Shown piece after piece: positions 60,883 through 64,000 of a stretch of 64,000 nt of DNA. A program made the translations under genes and the position numbers. The stretch lies in assembly GCA_024679065.1 (NCBI GenBank), contig JAGIQG010000008.1, positions 96,906,001-96,970,000 on the forward strand, in the 5' to 3' direction. Below the pieces are notes generated by a model. It did no database searches and was not told the DNA's origin. It was given only the letters and a program-made list of their open reading frames with translations. The stretch's first letter is position 1, and each line of letters starts with the position of its first letter. This DNA is from Sphyrna mokarran. Its lineage: Eukaryota.

Positions 60883-62156
60883 GTAAATACTTATGCTGAG
60901 TACACAGTTTCTGTTCTCAGCAGTCAATTCTCAATTCAGGGATACATTTAATAGCAATTATGGGTCGGGGGTGGGTGGAGACAATTTTCAGCCTGCATTT
61001 GCTATCAGAGTGAATGGCGATAATGATGAAAAACCTGGAGAAAACCAAGAAGCACAATTCTCATTGGAAATGTCACATTTCCCTACTTTTCACACCCCTC
61101 ACTGGTAACATCACAAGGTTCACACCTACAAAGGTCAAGAACCTCATTTTAATGGATTTAAATACATTTTTCTCTAAATACCCAGCCATTGCACATGACC
61201 CCACCCCTCACTGAATATTCAAACGTTGCTGACATATCAAAGTAGTGACTCTTCCCCTGAGGACATTGATCCCAGTCCTGTTGAGAGCTATGCCCAATAT
61301 CCCACACTATCTGGAATTTGTGATGATGGTGACAGAATGCCTGTCTGCCTCTGTAACAGTGGAATCTCCTGTACTGCATTACCACACATTCTCTATCCCC
61401 CTGCCCCCATCCCCAGCCCATTCCACTACCATTAAATCTTTTGTTCATTGAGGCCATGAGTTGGACTGCACTCTTTTGCGGTGTTGTCACCCATCGTCTC
61501 CAATGATGAGTAACAGCTTCACAGCGACACATACACTTCTATCTGTTCCTACTCTTTTGGTTTGTTGCACATCTTCTATCCTGAACTCTTACTGCTTATG
61601 AGATGGCCGCCACTTGGAATGTATAATCCAGGAAACTCCCTAATGCTATGAATGTCCTTCAACAATTCCCCTTTCCCATAACCATGTGTTCACCTCCCTA
61701 AAATGTTCAACCCAATAATGATTTGTATGTTGGAAATAATCCAGAGATCATAATCTTTGAGGTGCTGTTCTTCAATTAACTCCTGGATTCCAAATAGGAT
61801 CTTGTTCCTACGCTTTACCATGTTGTTCATCCTAAAATTAATGGTAATGACGGGATCCCTCTGTTCATCTCCAACATTATTTCATGCCAGTTTGAAATGT
61901 TCCTCACCCCAGCACTGGTTAGACAACAAAGCAGATGAAACCTCTGATCCTGTCTACAAAGAATACTATCTGTCCCCTTAATTGTTAAATGTCCTTCAAA
62001 TACCACTAATCTTCTTCTCCCCCTACTTTTGACAGCTTGCTGCTCCATCTAACCAGTGCTCCCCTTAATCTAGATACAATTGGTCATACAATTCTGAACT
62101 TCTATTCCTTTATAAACTGTCACCAAAGTCTAGATAAAAGTGGCCAGATATTATTC

Positions 62157-64000
62157 CTTCACTGTTCTCTGGAACAGAGTGTTTGAAGTACTGGTGGCTG
62201 TGGTGAGTGAGAGAATTTTCTAATTGCTTTTTTTTCTCTATTTCCGGTTGGCGGGTTTTTTCTTTGTTTTTTGTTGCCGTAGTCAGGCGCAGGGGTAGTT
62301 AGGAAGGGAGAGTGGGAGCATAAATCAGGTACTCACCTGTGGATCCACCTCACTGTTCTCTGGAACAGAGTGTTTGGAAGTGTTTGGTGGCTGTGGTGAG
62401 TGAGAGAATTTTCTAATCACTTTTTTTTATTTCTGGTTTGCAGGTTTTTTGTTTGTTTTTTGCTGCTGTAGTTAGGCATGGGGGTAGCTGGGAAGGGAGC
62501 GTGGGAGTATGAAAGGAAGGCTGCAGTAGACAGCAGAGTGAGCAGGGGGCAGATTGAGAGCTCTAAGGGCTTTGGCTTGTTCGGCTTAGGCATGGTGTTG
62601 CTGGTTCTGTCTTTTTTCCATTTGTGTTCATACCTCCAAAGGTGTTCAGGAAAATGGCAGGGTCTATGGGAAGACGCTTTGACTGCATACGGTGTCATAT
62701 GTGGGAGTTCCTGGAGACAACACGTCTCTTGAAAGTCCACATATGCGATAAGTGTTTGGAGCTGCAGCATCTGAGGGCCCGGCTCAAGCAATTAAAGTTG
62801 CGTTTGGAAGATGTATTTTTAGTTACGGAGAACGAGGCAATAATGGATGGGAAGCATAGTAAGGTGGAGATCCCAGAGTCTGGGGGGAGGGATCCAGACC
62901 CTGACTGGTGGGTTACGGTAAGGAAGGGGAAAAAGAAGAGGGGTTATAGTCCAAAGATTTCCCCAGTGGAAGTCCCCCAAAATATCAAGGACAGTGCAAC
63001 AACTGGGGTAAAAAACGTAAGGCAGGAGGACAAGAGTACCTCAGAGGGAAAGAAGGGGGCTAGAAGGGAGATAGTGGTGGGGGATGGGAGGGTTAAAGGA
63101 ATAGAGAGGCAGTTCTGTGGTCAAAGGCAGGACTCCAGGATGGTAGTTTGCCTCCCTGGAGCAGGGTGCAAGATGTTTCTGAGAGGGTAGAGGGAATTTT
63201 GAAGGGTGAGGGGACGCAGTCTGATATAATTTGTTCTTTGTTCTTCTAATTATACATGTAGGAGAGAAGGACGTAGGAAGGAAAAGCAGGGAGGATATAC
63301 GAAGGCAGTTTAGGGAGTTGGAGGTTAACCTGAAGAGCAGGGCCTCCAGGGTAGCAATCTCAGGACTGCTACCAGGGCCAAATAACAGTGGGTATAGGAG
63401 AAATGAGATCCTACAGCTAAATGCGTGGCTGAAGGATTGGTGTAGGGCAGAGGATTTTGTTTGTGGATAATTGGGAAATATTTGTGAAAGAAGGGCACCT
63501 GTATAGAAGGGACGGGGAACATTTAAATGGGAAGGGCACGAATATCTTAACTGGGAGATTAGCTGGAGTGTTTCGGCAGGATTTAAACTAATATGGAGGG
63601 GGGAGGGAATGAGACCGATAGCTTGGTAGGTAGTGGGATTGGGAGCAAGATGGGTGATAGAGTAAGTTTGGACGAGAAGAAATTCACCAGGGAGGAGGTT
63701 ATGGGTGGACTTGGAGGTTTGGAGTGTATCTGTTTTAATGCAAGCAGCATAACAGGAAAAACGGATGAACTTAGGGCCTTAATGTTCGCAAGGAACTTAG
63801 ATGTGGTTGCAGTAACAGAGACGTGATTAAAGGAAGAGAAGCACTGGCAGCTGAATATTCCTGGGTATAAGTGTTTCAGGCATGACAGTGGAGGGTCGAG
63901 AAGAGATGGAGGAGTGGCATAATTAGTTAGGGAGAACATCACAGCGGTGCAGAGGGAGGACAATATAAAGGAGTTAGGAATTGAGTCGCTATGGTTGGAG
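62157..64000 (+). mobile_element. 5' part of a near-full-length CR1: tandem 5' UTR monomers, ORF1 (Zn finger, coiled coil, SGNH esterase; frameshifted) and start of ORF2 APE
   Basis: CIRC...CDKC, LRARLKQLKLRL, VVGDG, CLPGA, IHVG; CFNASS..VAVTET*; homologous to the minus-strand copy at 30890-31570. Confidence 0.92.

Larger units (their letters stand above)
45385..62155 (+). repeat. Tandem array of ~1.9-2.0-kb units (first unit ~2.5 kb), each with an old CR1-ORF1 remnant, a minus-strand SINE and a coding micro-exon; 7 complete units plus a partial 8th
   Basis: Exon spacings 1959, 1923, 1918, 2011, 3176 (with insertions) and 2096 bp; colinear homology between units. Confidence 0.93.

Noticed and set aside
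45385-62155. Array as CRISPR, satellite or assembly artefact
   Set aside because: Eukaryotic context; units are clearly diverged and carry unit-specific insertions

Overview
Eukaryotic, repeat-rich vertebrate DNA, most likely a shark or other cartilaginous fish (HE1/V-SINE-like SINEs, CR1, Rex1/Babar and Penelope retroelements, Harbinger-like MITEs). The ORF track mostly shows transposon debris. Reading splice sites reveals two tandem + strand paralogues of a B7-family Ig-superfamily receptor most similar to NCR3LG1 (B7-H6). Paralogue A, 3' half only: TM exon 1109-1207, 57-nt micro-exon 3671-3727, a 141-codon exon 6142-6564 encoding a Cys-less C1-like Ig domain after the TM (predicted cytoplasmic), exon 13024-13101 and a terminal exon from 18441 with a YQTI motif. 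Paralogue B, 5' part: ISRE-containing promoter, signal exon 33056-33107, IgV 39803-40141, IgC1 42288-42593, TM 44717-44815, then a ~2-kb tandem array repeating the micro-exon at least 7 times, every copy in frame with intact splice sites. Other oddities: a CR1 family carrying a V-SINE core in its 3' UTR, Penelope hammerhead ribozymes (one in a ~100-bp hairpin), a short element with a U2 snRNA-like head, a nested MITE stack and a fold-back duplication around a Rex1 3' end. Exon calls come from manual splice/phase reading; no database searches were run.
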